Origin: an uncultured virus (IMG/VR IMGVR_UViG_3300021958_000031)
Lineage: Duplodnaviria; Heunggongvirae; Uroviricota; Caudoviricetes
IMG/VR virus record: IMGVR_UViG_3300021958_000031
Length of the DNA: 64,000 nucleotides
Reading direction: 5' to 3' (one strand)
Shown here: piece by piece, positions 28,833 to 38,171 of the stretch
Position numbering within the stretch: position 1 is the first letter of the stretch
Layout: every line of letters starts with the position of its first letter
Program-made: the position numbers and the translations under genes
Notes under the pieces: model-generated
Seen by the model: only the letters and a program-made list of their open reading frames with translations
Told to the model about the DNA's origin: nothing
Database searches by the model: none

Positions 28833-29047
28833 CCTTTTTCTTGTTTGATTTTATTTATTTCATGTAGTTTATATTCTGAATCTATCCATCCACCATCTAC
28901 ATAATCCCATAAGGTTAAATTAATTAAAAATGGATGAGGTTGAGCTTTTGCCCACCTCTTGGCTTTCTGAAAGCCTTCAGGTGAATAATCAAATTTATTG
29001 ATATTTTTATAACTTGGTGTAAACCATCTTCGTAAAACCTTAAACAT
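28829..29047 (-). CDS. Hypothetical protein
   Basis: 72-aa ORF behind the class-2 promoter at 29067-29095. Confidence 0.6.
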   Translation of the reverse strand: MFKVLRRWFTPSYKNINKFDYSPEGFQKAKRWAKAQPHPFLINLTLWDYVDGGWIDSEYKLHEINKIKQEKG

Positions 29048-29271
29048 ATAATCCTATTTGTTTATTATTATATGTAAAAAAACTAAAAGGTTTAAGAAAG
29101 ATTAGAGAGAAAGTACAAATACTACTACCATGATAATTACATAAAGAAGTGAACTTATGTCATAAGGTTTTTGTGGTTCCATATATTATTTATGGCAAAA
29201 AGTCACTATAGTTTCTCATTCTGGTATTAATTAAATATTAATTCAATGTTATCTAAGTGTTAACAAGTTAA

Positions 29272-30354
29272 TTACCTAAACACAGTAATATGACCGGCTT
29301 CCTTAACTATAACAGGAGAGTCGGTCTTTTTACCTTTTACTTCATAATAGTAAATACCATCAGATACTAAATAACTTCCACTATTTACACTCCCATCCCA
29401 GAAAGGGTAACTCTCAAAGTCATCATCATACCCGGTGTAAATATTTTGACCCCATCTATTAAAAATTTTAAACTCTATATCTTCCCAACAATCCAAATCA
29501 TATAAAATTTTCCATACATCATTTACCCCATCATTATTAGGAGTGAATGTATTAGGTACATATATACTCTCATCACCTAGGCAAGGATAGCCAGGTACAC
29601 CATCACACGGTAAGCCTGTTATACAATCGATTAAGGTTTCTTCTATGATATATTGGGTAATTGTGTCAGTTGAGTATATAAAATTATCCAAGTATACAGT
29701 GTCTGTGAGGAATTCCGTTAAATAAAGGGTGTCTATGAGGTTTATAGTTTCAGTAAGGTATATCGTATCAGTAAAATTTTGAGTGATGTAGAGAGTGTCT
29801 ATCTCATAGACAGTTTCTGTAACATATACCGTGTCACATGGCCCTTCATTAGTAATCTCACAATCAACGCCTGTGATCATATCAAATACAAAATTATTAT
29901 TACCTGTAATTATTTCATTAGGTACACTTGTAATTGAAAAGTAATTACTCTGACCGGCATACCATGTACCAGGTGTACTAATTGACCCACCCACAGTAAT
30001 AGTATCCCCAGGCTGAATCCAAACAGACAGATTAGAAACGCCATTAAAACAATTAAATGTAGTACCTAAAAAATCATCAAGACAAAAATAAGTAACGGCT
30101 TCAGTTCCAATATTTACTAAAGTAGCTTCATAAGAATAAGACGAGTAAATACCGAATTCTAATTCTTCACAAGTTTCTTCTAAAATTGTTATGTCAATTA
30201 AAATAGGATCTGGGCCAACAGAATAAACACAAGTCCCATTATCACTAGTTGCATCTTCATCAAAGTTTAAAGCAAAAGGATCAGTACACCCTGGATATGC
30301 ATATAGACTTGTAGCTAGGAAAAGGCCATAAAAGGCCATTAAGAAATGTTTCAT
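29272..30354 (-). CDS. Secreted protein with T9SS type-B C-terminal domain (gliding motility-associated CHU_C)
   Basis: Signal peptide, GCTDP.A.NF..AT.D.GTC repeat, DT(L/V/I)Y repeats and C-terminal YVPNTFTPNNDGVND...IFNRWG...G.YYY...GHITVFR. Confidence 0.88.
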   Translation of the reverse strand: MKHFLMAFYGLFLATSLYAYPGCTDPFALNFDEDATSDNGTCVYSVGPDPILIDITILEETCEELEFGIYSSYSYEATLVNIGTEAVTYFCLDDFLGTTFNCFNGVSNLSVWIQPGDTITVGGSISTPGTWYAGQSNYFSITSVPNEIITGNNNFVFDMITGVDCEITNEGPCDTVYVTETVYEIDTLYITQNFTDTIYLTETINLIDTLYLTEFLTDTVYLDNFIYSTDTITQYIIEETLIDCITGLPCDGVPGYPCLGDESIYVPNTFTPNNDGVNDVWKILYDLDCWEDIEFKIFNRWGQNIYTGYDDDFESYPFWDGSVNSGSYLVSDGIYYYEVKGKKTDSPVIVKEAGHITVFR

Positions 30355-30393
30355 TCATCATTATGTTATTTTGGGGTTACTCTGCGCTCAGAG

Positions 30394-31665
30394 TTATTTG
30401 GACATCATATCCCACATAGCAGGATATTCTTCTTTAAAGTTTTCTCCGTAAGTCTCTTGCCAGATTCTAGCAATTTCTCTTTTATCGGTTATCTTTCTTT
30501 GTCTTATGATTTTAGCAACACCAGGATATTTGGTTGAAAACTTTTCACCGTATGCCTTTTTCCACATAGCCTCAATGTCTTCTTCTAAATGGTCATCATG
30601 TTTATGCTTACCATCAGATGCTTCAGTACCGTCTTTTTCAGAAGATTCATTTACAGCTTTGCTAAAAGTTTTCCAACTATTAACAGGTTGTCCCTTTACT
30701 TTAATTTTTCCAGTATCAGTATCAAAATAAATTTCAGCACCTTGATAAGTTAAATCTAATACAAGTGTATCATATCCTTTACCTATTGCAGTACCACCTC
30801 TTATTCCTAAACCGGCTTTTTCTGCCCAACGAGCAATTTGTTTCACATCTCTAAGAACACCTCTCTCCTTTGCAAATTTTTCAATGTTACTAGGAACGTT
30901 AGCAGCTTCAGTAACTACTGATTCAATTATTACCGATTCAAAATCACCAGGTAATCCTCCGTACCATCCAGATTCTTTATTACTAGGAGTTCCTTCACCA
31001 TAAATTCTATCTAGAACTTTAACGTCCATTATAACTTCCCAGGATTTAGTCTTAGAATCCCATCCAAAATCTTTTTTAATTGAACCCCTTTCGTCTTTAA
31101 TAAATTCTACAAAATCAAGATAATCTTGTTCTTCTTTAAATGCAAGACCAATAGTATTCTTAGCTTCATTTACTGATTCTTTAACAAATACAATAAATGA
31201 TTCTCCTGCTGAATTAGGATCTTCTAATTCTTTAAAATCTACATTATGTTTCTTTAAAATCTTTTTGGCATCATCCCATTGGTGTGATACATAAGAATAA
31301 AGAATAACTGTATTTTCATCTTCAGGATTAACACCAGCTTTTTTCCAAATCTTTTTCGTATCATCATCAGCATCATCAAGCCAATTAATTTCAGAACCTT
31401 TTCTTTTTAAGTCTTTCATTGCTTTATCAGCATCAGGAGCTTTACCTTCTCTAATCATTCCGCCATGATCAAACATAGATTTATTAACCGTGAATTTTTT
31501 ACCGTCTTTTTTTAGAGTTAAGACGTATCCGTTGTTATCAACAACCTCAGCTTCACCGCCCATATACATAATCATTGAACCCTTTTTGATTTTCTTAAAG
31601 TCTTTAAGGTCAATTTTTTTCATATAGGATTTTTTAAATCCTTCAAATGTTTTAAAGTATTTCAT
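30394..31665 (-). CDS. Putative internal-head polyprotein (capsid-targeting-like start, ESVxE linkers)
   Basis: MKYFKTFEGF start; linkers KESVNEA, IESVVTEA and AVNES. Confidence 0.7.
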   Translation of the reverse strand: MKYFKTFEGFKKSYMKKIDLKDFKKIKKGSMIMYMGGEAEVVDNNGYVLTLKKDGKKFTVNKSMFDHGGMIREGKAPDADKAMKDLKRKGSEINWLDDADDDTKKIWKKAGVNPEDENTVILYSYVSHQWDDAKKILKKHNVDFKELEDPNSAGESFIVFVKESVNEAKNTIGLAFKEEQDYLDFVEFIKDERGSIKKDFGWDSKTKSWEVIMDVKVLDRIYGEGTPSNKESGWYGGLPGDFESVIIESVVTEAANVPSNIEKFAKERGVLRDVKQIARWAEKAGLGIRGGTAIGKGYDTLVLDLTYQGAEIYFDTDTGKIKVKGQPVNSWKTFSKAVNESSEKDGTEASDGKHKHDDHLEEDIEAMWKKAYGEKFSTKYPGVAKIIRQRKITDKREIARIWQETYGENFKEEYPAMWDMMSK

Positions 31666-31667
31666 AA

Positions 31668-32930
31668 TTAGTCCATTCTATGTTTATCAATTCTGGCCAT
31701 AATTTTATCCTTCTTGGCTTTTAACTTAGCATATTCGTTTTCTTGCTTCATCATAATAGAACCATATCTATCTGCAACTGCTCCACCTTCTGGTTCAGCT
31801 TCTTGTTCCATGTCTCTAAGTGTTTGAGCCATTTCATCACCTAAATCTTTAATTTGTTGGTCTATGTCAATTCTAGTATCTAATAAACCCATATACTTAT
31901 CAAAACTTAATCTACGTGATTTTGCTTTAGCAGGTTTAAGTTTAGGTAATTCTCTTCGCGTTGCTCTAAATGCTACTAATACAGGATCATTCATATCTGT
32001 TGCTTCATTAACTCTATCATAAAGACCAGATTTAGAATTCCATTCCCAATCTTCTTTATCAAAGTCTTTAAGCTTTTTTGCCTTTTGGTATTCTTCAGAA
32101 GATAGATGAGCAGCTTTAAGATTTATTTTACGACTTTCATTGTAGCTTACAATATCAGAATATTTAATTTCATGTTCTTCGCCGTCTTGGTCTAATGCAA
32201 AGATAACTTTATCATCCCACATATCAGTATTATCTTGATTACCGTTATTAGGATTATAGATAATGTATTCTTGACCGTTACCTAGTTGAATCATCCCATC
32301 ATCCTTTTTCATGGCTTTCATTAATGATCTCTTATTGAATTTACCTTCGGTAACTACAGATTCACTAAATAATCTTTCACCAGTTTTAGATTCAACATGT
32401 ACAGTTGCTTTAGGATATTCTTTCTTTAATTGATTAAATGCAGCAGGGACTATTTGAGGAGTTCCAACTAATTCTTGTTTAATTACTTTACCATTTTCAA
32501 TCACAACAAGAGTTACTGGGTAACTTCCTTTCTTTGCAGCATTATGAATCTTGGATAGTTTAGCTTCAGTAACTGCTGATTCAAACTTTTTAATGTTCTT
32601 AATTACTTGGTTAATATTCTTATCTCCTATCTTTGCATAAACTGCATTAGGAAATGAATTACCGATAGCAACATTTACAACTTCACCATTAGGTCTTACA
32701 TTATAACTACCACCATCATATTTTTCACCATCTATTGATATTTCAAAACCAGCACCTTCACCGTTAACAAATTCCATATCATGAACAGCAGCTTTAGTTT
32801 TATCAACCTTTGCGATTGCTTTTGCTATTAAATCAGCAATATCTTTTATTTCTTTTTCTGAAAATGTAAAAGGTTCTTTAGATCTTCTTACCTCATTTAA
32901 AAATTGAGTGTGGGTTTTAAAATATTTCAT
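31668..32930 (-). CDS. Putative internal-head polyprotein
   Basis: MKYFKTHTQFLNE start; linkers FESAVTEA, SESVVTEG, SYNES and RVNEA. Confidence 0.7.
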   Translation of the reverse strand: MKYFKTHTQFLNEVRRSKEPFTFSEKEIKDIADLIAKAIAKVDKTKAAVHDMEFVNGEGAGFEISIDGEKYDGGSYNVRPNGEVVNVAIGNSFPNAVYAKIGDKNINQVIKNIKKFESAVTEAKLSKIHNAAKKGSYPVTLVVIENGKVIKQELVGTPQIVPAAFNQLKKEYPKATVHVESKTGERLFSESVVTEGKFNKRSLMKAMKKDDGMIQLGNGQEYIIYNPNNGNQDNTDMWDDKVIFALDQDGEEHEIKYSDIVSYNESRKINLKAAHLSSEEYQKAKKLKDFDKEDWEWNSKSGLYDRVNEATDMNDPVLVAFRATRRELPKLKPAKAKSRRLSFDKYMGLLDTRIDIDQQIKDLGDEMAQTLRDMEQEAEPEGGAVADRYGSIMMKQENEYAKLKAKKDKIMARIDKHRMD

Positions 32931-32935
32931 AGTTC

Positions 32936-33940
32936 TTATTTTATTCCTTGGCTTTTCATTTCAGCTTTAATGTCATCATGAAAATTCTTTATGTAATCTT
33001 TAGCACCTTTCTTATCACCATCTTCAATCCAATCGATTGCAATACCTAAGTTTCTAAAGGGTGTATGATAATTTACATCAGTTGCAGAATCAAATAATTT
33101 GTTTAACATCTTAATAGGCGTTTTCTCATTTACCTTTAATGCATACTTTAACATACCATCATAATCAAAATCACTTGACCACATATCACCAGGCTTAAAT
33201 TTCTTAGCTTCAGTTAATGATTCTCCAATACTGCCGGTCATCTTTAAAAGTTCTTTACAAACCATAGCGGCTTCACCACCTTTAATTCCTCTCATCTTAA
33301 GCATTGTCATACATTCAGATTTATCCATGTCAGCAATCTCTTCACCATTTACATCCAATAATTCATCAAAGATTTCTTTTGCAGTTTCCTTTGCATTTTC
33401 ATTAACAGATTCACTTATCTTAATGCTTCTAGGATCAATGTTCATTGCAGCCATTTCTTCAGCACCTTTGCCATCATTGTAATCTACCTTTGCAAATCCT
33501 CCCCTAGGATTAATTTCTAAAACTGTAAACGATGCAGGAAACCTAGCATGGCGTGCAGTTACAGTCTTTCCATCTTTTAAGGCTAATGCCATCGCTCTAA
33601 TATCACCTTTGTCTGAAAATCCTTCATTTACTTCAGCAGATTCATTTTTCTTATACCATTCTTTAGCAACCTTTACCAAGTCATCATATGTATGTTTACC
33701 ACTTAATGCATCTTCTATGATAGTTTTACTAGATGCAATGTCATACATTGAAATGTCATCAAAACCTACACCTTCAGAATATTCTTTCTTTAAATCAAAA
33801 CCTAATTCATCAGCAAGAGTTTTAGATAAACTTACATTACCGCTAAATTGGTCGTTTCTCATTAAACCGCCCTTGTTCTTAAATCTTTTAGCGTTTCTTT
33901 TGTTTTCGACAATATAGTCGAAGTCTTTAATATATTTCAT
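32936..33940 (-). CDS. Putative internal-head polyprotein
   Basis: MKYIKDFDYIVE start; linkers NESAEVNEG, SESVNEN and GESLTEA. Confidence 0.7.
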   Translation of the reverse strand: MKYIKDFDYIVENKRNAKRFKNKGGLMRNDQFSGNVSLSKTLADELGFDLKKEYSEGVGFDDISMYDIASSKTIIEDALSGKHTYDDLVKVAKEWYKKNESAEVNEGFSDKGDIRAMALALKDGKTVTARHARFPASFTVLEINPRGGFAKVDYNDGKGAEEMAAMNIDPRSIKISESVNENAKETAKEIFDELLDVNGEEIADMDKSECMTMLKMRGIKGGEAAMVCKELLKMTGSIGESLTEAKKFKPGDMWSSDFDYDGMLKYALKVNEKTPIKMLNKLFDSATDVNYHTPFRNLGIAIDWIEDGDKKGAKDYIKNFHDDIKAEMKSQGIK

Positions 33941-33990
33941 ATCTTTAGATTAATTTTTTTATATATTTAGGATACCTCCATGAAGTCGCA

Positions 33991-34341
33991 TTATGATAAT
34001 TTAGATTTACCGTCCCACACCTTTACAACATATTCATTACCATCCTTCTCTAGGTAACGAGGATCTTTTTTAGTAGGTCTCATTAATAAACCGTGTGAGT
34101 TTGCATCTCTTCCGTTAGCACCACCCTTTCCTCTTTGCCAAGAAGAGCCACCTGAAAAGTAAGATGAAAATTGTCCACGATTATCTCTATCATTTGGATC
34201 CAAGCCTTTTTGCTTTAAGATTACTGAATGTAATTCTTTCCATTTAGATTTACCGTTCTTTTCAGCAAAATCTAATACTGTCTTTTTAATTGTATCTAAG
34301 TTTTCATTTACAAAACTATCATACTCTTTAATGTGTTCCAT
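33991..34341 (-). CDS. Putative internal head protein
   Basis: MEHIKEYDSFVNE start; AATAAATA upstream. Confidence 0.65.
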   Translation of the reverse strand: MEHIKEYDSFVNENLDTIKKTVLDFAEKNGKSKWKELHSVILKQKGLDPNDRDNRGQFSSYFSGGSSWQRGKGGANGRDANSHGLLMRPTKKDPRYLEKDGNEYVVKVWDGKSKLS

Positions 34342-34375
34342 GTTATTTCTTATTTTAATATTTATTCTACAAAAA

Positions 34376-34411
34376 ATAAAGGATCCAGGTAATAATACCC
34401 AGATCCTTTTT
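34376..34411 (-). terminator. Intrinsic terminator
   Basis: AAAGGATC/GATCCTTT inverted repeat flanked by A and T tracts. Confidence 0.6.
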
Positions 34412-34417
34412 AACTCA

Positions 34418-34609
34418 TTACTTCTTAGTTACTAATCCTCTAAGAAGGTCCCAATTTCTAGTTAAGAATATGCCAAATGCAATTCCTGCATAAATCTTAT
34501 AACCGAATATCCACAATCCTACACCAATACCTAATGATGCTAATGCAGAAAATCCTTTAGTGTCAATCCAACTTACGACTTTTCCAAAAATTTCTTTAAC
34601 TTTTTCCAT
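34418..34609 (-). CDS. Small membrane protein
   Basis: Hydrophobic Gly-rich hairpin, 63 aa. Confidence 0.65.
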   Translation of the reverse strand: MEKVKEIFGKVVSWIDTKGFSALASLGIGVGLWIFGYKIYAGIAFGIFLTRNWDLLRGLVTKK

Positions 34610-34630
34610 GTTTTAAAATTTATTTTTTGA

Positions 34631-34966
34631 TTAAGCAAGTTCCAATTCTGCAGCAATCTTTTTGGAATGTTTACAAGTTCCTCTAAATTTACCTGCAGGG
34701 CAGTCACAACTTAACCTGTTACCATTCTTAGTAACAGTATATTTATTCCCAGTTGAACCTAAAACTTCGAAAGTTTCTCTTTTTATGTTTCTGTAAGGAT
34801 TAATAACCTCAACATCATCAAAGGAAATATGATCTTCTACGGGGATCCAACCAGGAAATAGATATTTTTGCCCACCTATTATAGAAAAGGCAATTCCCAT
34901 ATGAGATTCTATTTTATACTTCTTTGTCATATTAAAAAGGTAAGTCTTCGGTTTTAGATTCTTCAA
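34631..34966 (-). CDS. SWIM zinc-finger protein
   Basis: GS.GNKYTV...SCDCPAGKFRGTCKH; the true start may be an internal Met. Confidence 0.8.
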   Translation of the reverse strand: MKNLKPKTYLFNMTKKYKIESHMGIAFSIIGGQKYLFPGWIPVEDHISFDDVEVINPYRNIKRETFEVLGSTGNKYTVTKNGNRLSCDCPAGKFRGTCKHSKKIAAELELA

Positions 34967-35162
34967 AAGGTTCAGAGTGATCAGATAGTTTTCTATAAGT
35001 TAATGTAGCAAATGGTTGTTCACCAATTTCGGTAATTGCTGGTCTACGATTATATTTGTCAAATGCATCTTTCATCTTATGTGCTTTCTTACGAGCAGTA
35101 TAGTCATCCTTTGCATAGACATACATATCCATTGTTACTACATATCTTTTATCTTCACTCAT
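34932..35162 (-). CDS. Hypothetical protein
   Basis: 76 aa ending EDLPF (SSB-tail-like). Confidence 0.6.
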   Translation of the reverse strand: MSEDKRYVVTMDMYVYAKDDYTARKKAHKMKDAFDKYNRRPAITEIGEQPFATLTYRKLSDHSEPFEESKTEDLPF

Positions 35163-35521
35163 CGTATCTTAAGATTATTAAGTTGATCCAAAGTACCTTC
35201 AAATCCTGGTATGTCTTTTTGTGGATTACCATGATTTGTGATTCTGTCCATTAAGTCATTAATCTCATCTCTGCTTAACCATCCTACTACATCATCATGA
35301 TGGTCAGGGAAGAATGTTTTTGTTATAAAGTTATCATCGGCATCAAAGACAGCAATCTCAAATGTTAAGAATTGATTTACACTAGAGCGGTCTTCTCTAG
35401 GATTACAGTAAATACCCATACCAGCAGATACTGATAAACTAAATCCGTTTGTGAAATGAGTCCTGGATCTGAATCCACCTAACTCATCTTCTCTTTTAAA
35501 TATAATGTTATGAAAGTTCAT
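35159..35521 (-). CDS. Hypothetical phage protein
   Basis: F.NGFSLSV...FEIA...DDVVGWLS..EI motif; likely start MNFHNI. Confidence 0.65.
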   Translation of the reverse strand: MNFHNIIFKREDELGGFRSRTHFTNGFSLSVSAGMGIYCNPREDRSSVNQFLTFEIAVFDADDNFITKTFFPDHHDDVVGWLSRDEINDLMDRITNHGNPQKDIPGFEGTLDQLNNLKIR

Positions 35522-35816
35522 ATCTTCCTTCTTTATTAAATTGGTTTCTAATTTCACCTACCAACATGTCAGTGGTGATTGATAAATCTTTACCGATGAA
35601 GTCTACATCATGCTCTCGGTATTCATATTTTACATGTTCATTGCTTTTTGTAGCAACGAGGTTTGTAAGTACCTCTTTCAGATCATCAGCATACATGATG
35701 AGATCACTTTCAATGTTCTCAATTTCAAATACCTGACCACCTTTAGGCTTCCAGTAAGGAGTTGCCGTGTCAGAGTAATTTTCGTAATACTGTGTGTAAA
35801 TTGTAATAGTTGCCAT
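35508..35816 (-). CDS. Hypothetical phage protein
   Basis: TQY.ENY...YWKPKGG motif; first gene behind promoter copy 6. Confidence 0.7.
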   Translation of the reverse strand: MATITIYTQYYENYSDTATPYWKPKGGQVFEIENIESDLIMYADDLKEVLTNLVATKSNEHVKYEYREHDVDFIGKDLSITTDMLVGEIRNQFNKEGRYELS

Positions 35817-35819
35817 GTT

Positions 35820-35908
35820 TTCCGTTTTTTAATTATATTATAAATATAATACAAATTGTTGGGAATTGAAAATATTTTAGAGACTTTTTTCTAAAAGTTA
35901 TTAACAAT
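35820..35908 (-). promoter_or_regulatory. Extended early-type promoter repeat, copy 6
   Basis: TGTTAATAAC box, TTTTCAATTCCCAA and TATATTTATAATATAA. Confidence 0.78.
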
Positions 35909-36066
35909 TTTTCAATAGCCCATTATTGCCATGAAAACTACAGTTATGATACCGCCGCCGATTAATACTTTCCAGTACCATTCTTTAACCCAATCATCTT
36001 CATAGACGACCATGTGGAATATAAAGCTTAAAAGTAAAATGAATAATATGCCAAAAAATTCTAAGA

Positions 36067-36327
36067 TCATACTTCTTCATTTTTAAGTTTAGGCCATTTC
36101 TTTAGAATCATTGAACATAATTCATATTCTTCTCTTTCTTGGAAAAGAACCAGGAATGCCTCAGCTGCTTGGTAAGGTGGTACATCAGGGTTATGATCCT
36201 CAGGTACTTTGCCATCCAAGAGTTCACAGACACTTAGGTCAGTTAAGAGAGTTTCAGTATCGTAGTTAGACATACCCACAAGGAAGTCTTGTAGGTAGTC
36301 TTTTGGTATGTATTTTAAATCCTTCAT
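36067..36327 (-). CDS. Hypothetical protein with UVR-like C-terminus
   Basis: FQEREEYELCSMI. Confidence 0.55.
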   Translation of the reverse strand: MKDLKYIPKDYLQDFLVGMSNYDTETLLTDLSVCELLDGKVPEDHNPDVPPYQAAEAFLVLFQEREEYELCSMILKKWPKLKNEEV

Positions 36328-36328
36328 A

Positions 36329-36730
36329 TTATTTAGAGTTTTCCATTTGAAGCATTCTCATAGAACATTTATAACATCTTCCTAAAGAATCTTTAAATTC
36401 TACTGGAGCCTTTCTTGCTCTTGTATTAAATCCTGTAAGAGTATATGCTTTACCTTGGATTGTAATTTGATCACCTACAGATAAATGATCCATTCCATGT
36501 AATCCTCTGTGGCGGTTCCAATTAGTTGCTTCTCTTGTAATTACAGTTCCACCTTCACCGATTGTATTTCCTTTCAGTTTAAAGGTTACCTCATTTCCGG
36601 AGAATGATGCGTTTCCTGCATGCAGTTTGATTCCGAATTGATTTTCTACAGCTTTAAGAGCGTTGTCGATTTCAGTTCTTAGGACTTGTAGATTAGCCTT
36701 GTTAAATTGTGTAATTTCCGTTTTTACCAT
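36329..36730 (-). CDS. Hypothetical phage protein
   Basis: 133-aa ORF behind promoter copy 7. Confidence 0.7.
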   Translation of the reverse strand: MVKTEITQFNKANLQVLRTEIDNALKAVENQFGIKLHAGNASFSGNEVTFKLKGNTIGEGGTVITREATNWNRHRGLHGMDHLSVGDQITIQGKAYTLTGFNTRARKAPVEFKDSLGRCYKCSMRMLQMENSK

Positions 36731-36749
36731 GTTGTTTATTTTAAATATA

Positions 36750-36845
36750 GTTTGAATTAATATATTATAAATATAATCAAAATAATTGGGAAATAAAAAT
36801 TTTTCCTAGACTTTTTTCTCTAAAAATGAGAAAGTTATTAACAAT
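36750..36845 (-). promoter_or_regulatory. Extended early-type promoter repeat, copy 7
   Basis: Same three elements as the other copies. Confidence 0.78.
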
Positions 36846-37148
36846 TTAGAAACTTTGGTTATAATTAGGCATATCAATTACTGCATCCTTCTTTCCATTA
36901 AGAATATCTACCAATAGGTCAATTCCTACTTGGAATTCTTGTTTAGTTTTAGTAGGGATCATATAAAGAATATCATTTACTAAATCCATCTTTCCTGTTG
37001 TAGTACACGGCCCACACCTTAAGTACCACCCAAACCTAGCAGGCTGCATACGAGTAATTGCATACCATTGTTTATTATCCATCTGTACCAAAAGCCCTTC
37101 AACTTTTGTAGTACTTTTCATCGGTTTTGTTTTAAGAACTTGCATCAT
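36846..37148 (-). CDS. Hypothetical protein
   Basis: 100-aa ORF. Confidence 0.6.
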   Translation of the reverse strand: MMQVLKTKPMKSTTKVEGLLVQMDNKQWYAITRMQPARFGWYLRCGPCTTTGKMDLVNDILYMIPTKTKQEFQVGIDLLVDILNGKKDAVIDMPNYNQSF

Positions 37149-37156
37149 AGTTTTTT

Positions 37157-38122
37157 TTAATTCAATTCTAATTCCTCTTGTCTATCAAAAGGTAAATATT
37201 TTTCTAAAAGAGAAGTATTTTCTTCTCGGTATTTTAGTACGGCAACTTCTTTAGCCTTTGCCTCGACTTCGATGTCTACAGCATGGCCATAGTCATTGAT
37301 CTTTTCGTATATAAAATCAGCATGTGCTTGTGCTTTACAATCAGGGTGTTCAAATGTGCGACGACATGATGAGTAATGAAACAAAGGCTTTACCTTATGA
37401 TGGTGCCATGTGCTCATTGCCAATTCAAATGCTTCTTGTTCGGATAAGCCACCAGTTTGAAAACGGTGATGGTGAAAATCAAATGTAATAGGTACCTTTA
37501 CAGCAGAAAATATGCCTTCGTATAAATCTTTTACGGAATACATACTGCCTTTGTCATCATTCTCTACAACAAGCCTGGCCTGAGCAGATTTAGATAGATT
37601 GAGATAATTAGAGGCCCATCTACCCATAGTAGCAATCTTGTCACCGTATACACCATTACAGTGGATATTGATAGGATAGAAGTGAGATTGTGGAAGACCC
37701 ATAATATCCATGATCTCTGCATGTTGATTAAGTTCTTTGATAGTTTTTTGAACCAGTGTAGGATTAGGAGATCCTAGAACATTGAAAGGTCCTGGATGAA
37801 ATGATAACCTTTGGCCGTATTTGAGTGCAAGGTTACCTACACCTTTTAGAAGAGTTGAGATTTTTTGAAAATCTGGTAAATCCTTGAGTTCGTATTCAGA
37901 CATCCAAGGAAACATATCAGATGACATGCGGTATACCTTGAAACCGTTTTGTTCATTCCACTTTACAATCTCAATAAGATCTCTGATATTTTGTAATGCC
38001 AAACTACTGACGTGGGCCATACCTTTTTGCTGAAATGTAATTTTTCTACATGTACGGTTGACGGTAATTGGTTTGTTTCTTAGATTAAGATTGATACAGC
38101 AGTATCCAAGGTTAGTTTCCAT
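37157..38122 (-). CDS. uvsE: UV damage endonuclease (UVDE)
   Basis: LGYCCIN, RMSSDMFP, RLSFHPG, RLVVENDD, FDFHHH, HYS, HAD and EAKAKE motifs. Confidence 0.93.
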   Translation of the reverse strand: METNLGYCCINLNLRNKPITVNRTCRKITFQQKGMAHVSSLALQNIRDLIEIVKWNEQNGFKVYRMSSDMFPWMSEYELKDLPDFQKISTLLKGVGNLALKYGQRLSFHPGPFNVLGSPNPTLVQKTIKELNQHAEIMDIMGLPQSHFYPINIHCNGVYGDKIATMGRWASNYLNLSKSAQARLVVENDDKGSMYSVKDLYEGIFSAVKVPITFDFHHHRFQTGGLSEQEAFELAMSTWHHHKVKPLFHYSSCRRTFEHPDCKAQAHADFIYEKINDYGHAVDIEVEAKAKEVAVLKYREENTSLLEKYLPFDRQEELELN

Positions 38123-38171
38123 ATATTGTTATTTTATATAAATATAACAAAAAAAATTTAATTCTGAAAGA

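Noticed and set aside
5944..36845. Dispersed ~90-bp repeats as CRISPR repeats or mobile-element ends
   Set aside because: Each copy sits directly upstream of a gene in the same orientation, with no transposase, terminal inverted repeats or regular spacers; promoter is the simpler reading.
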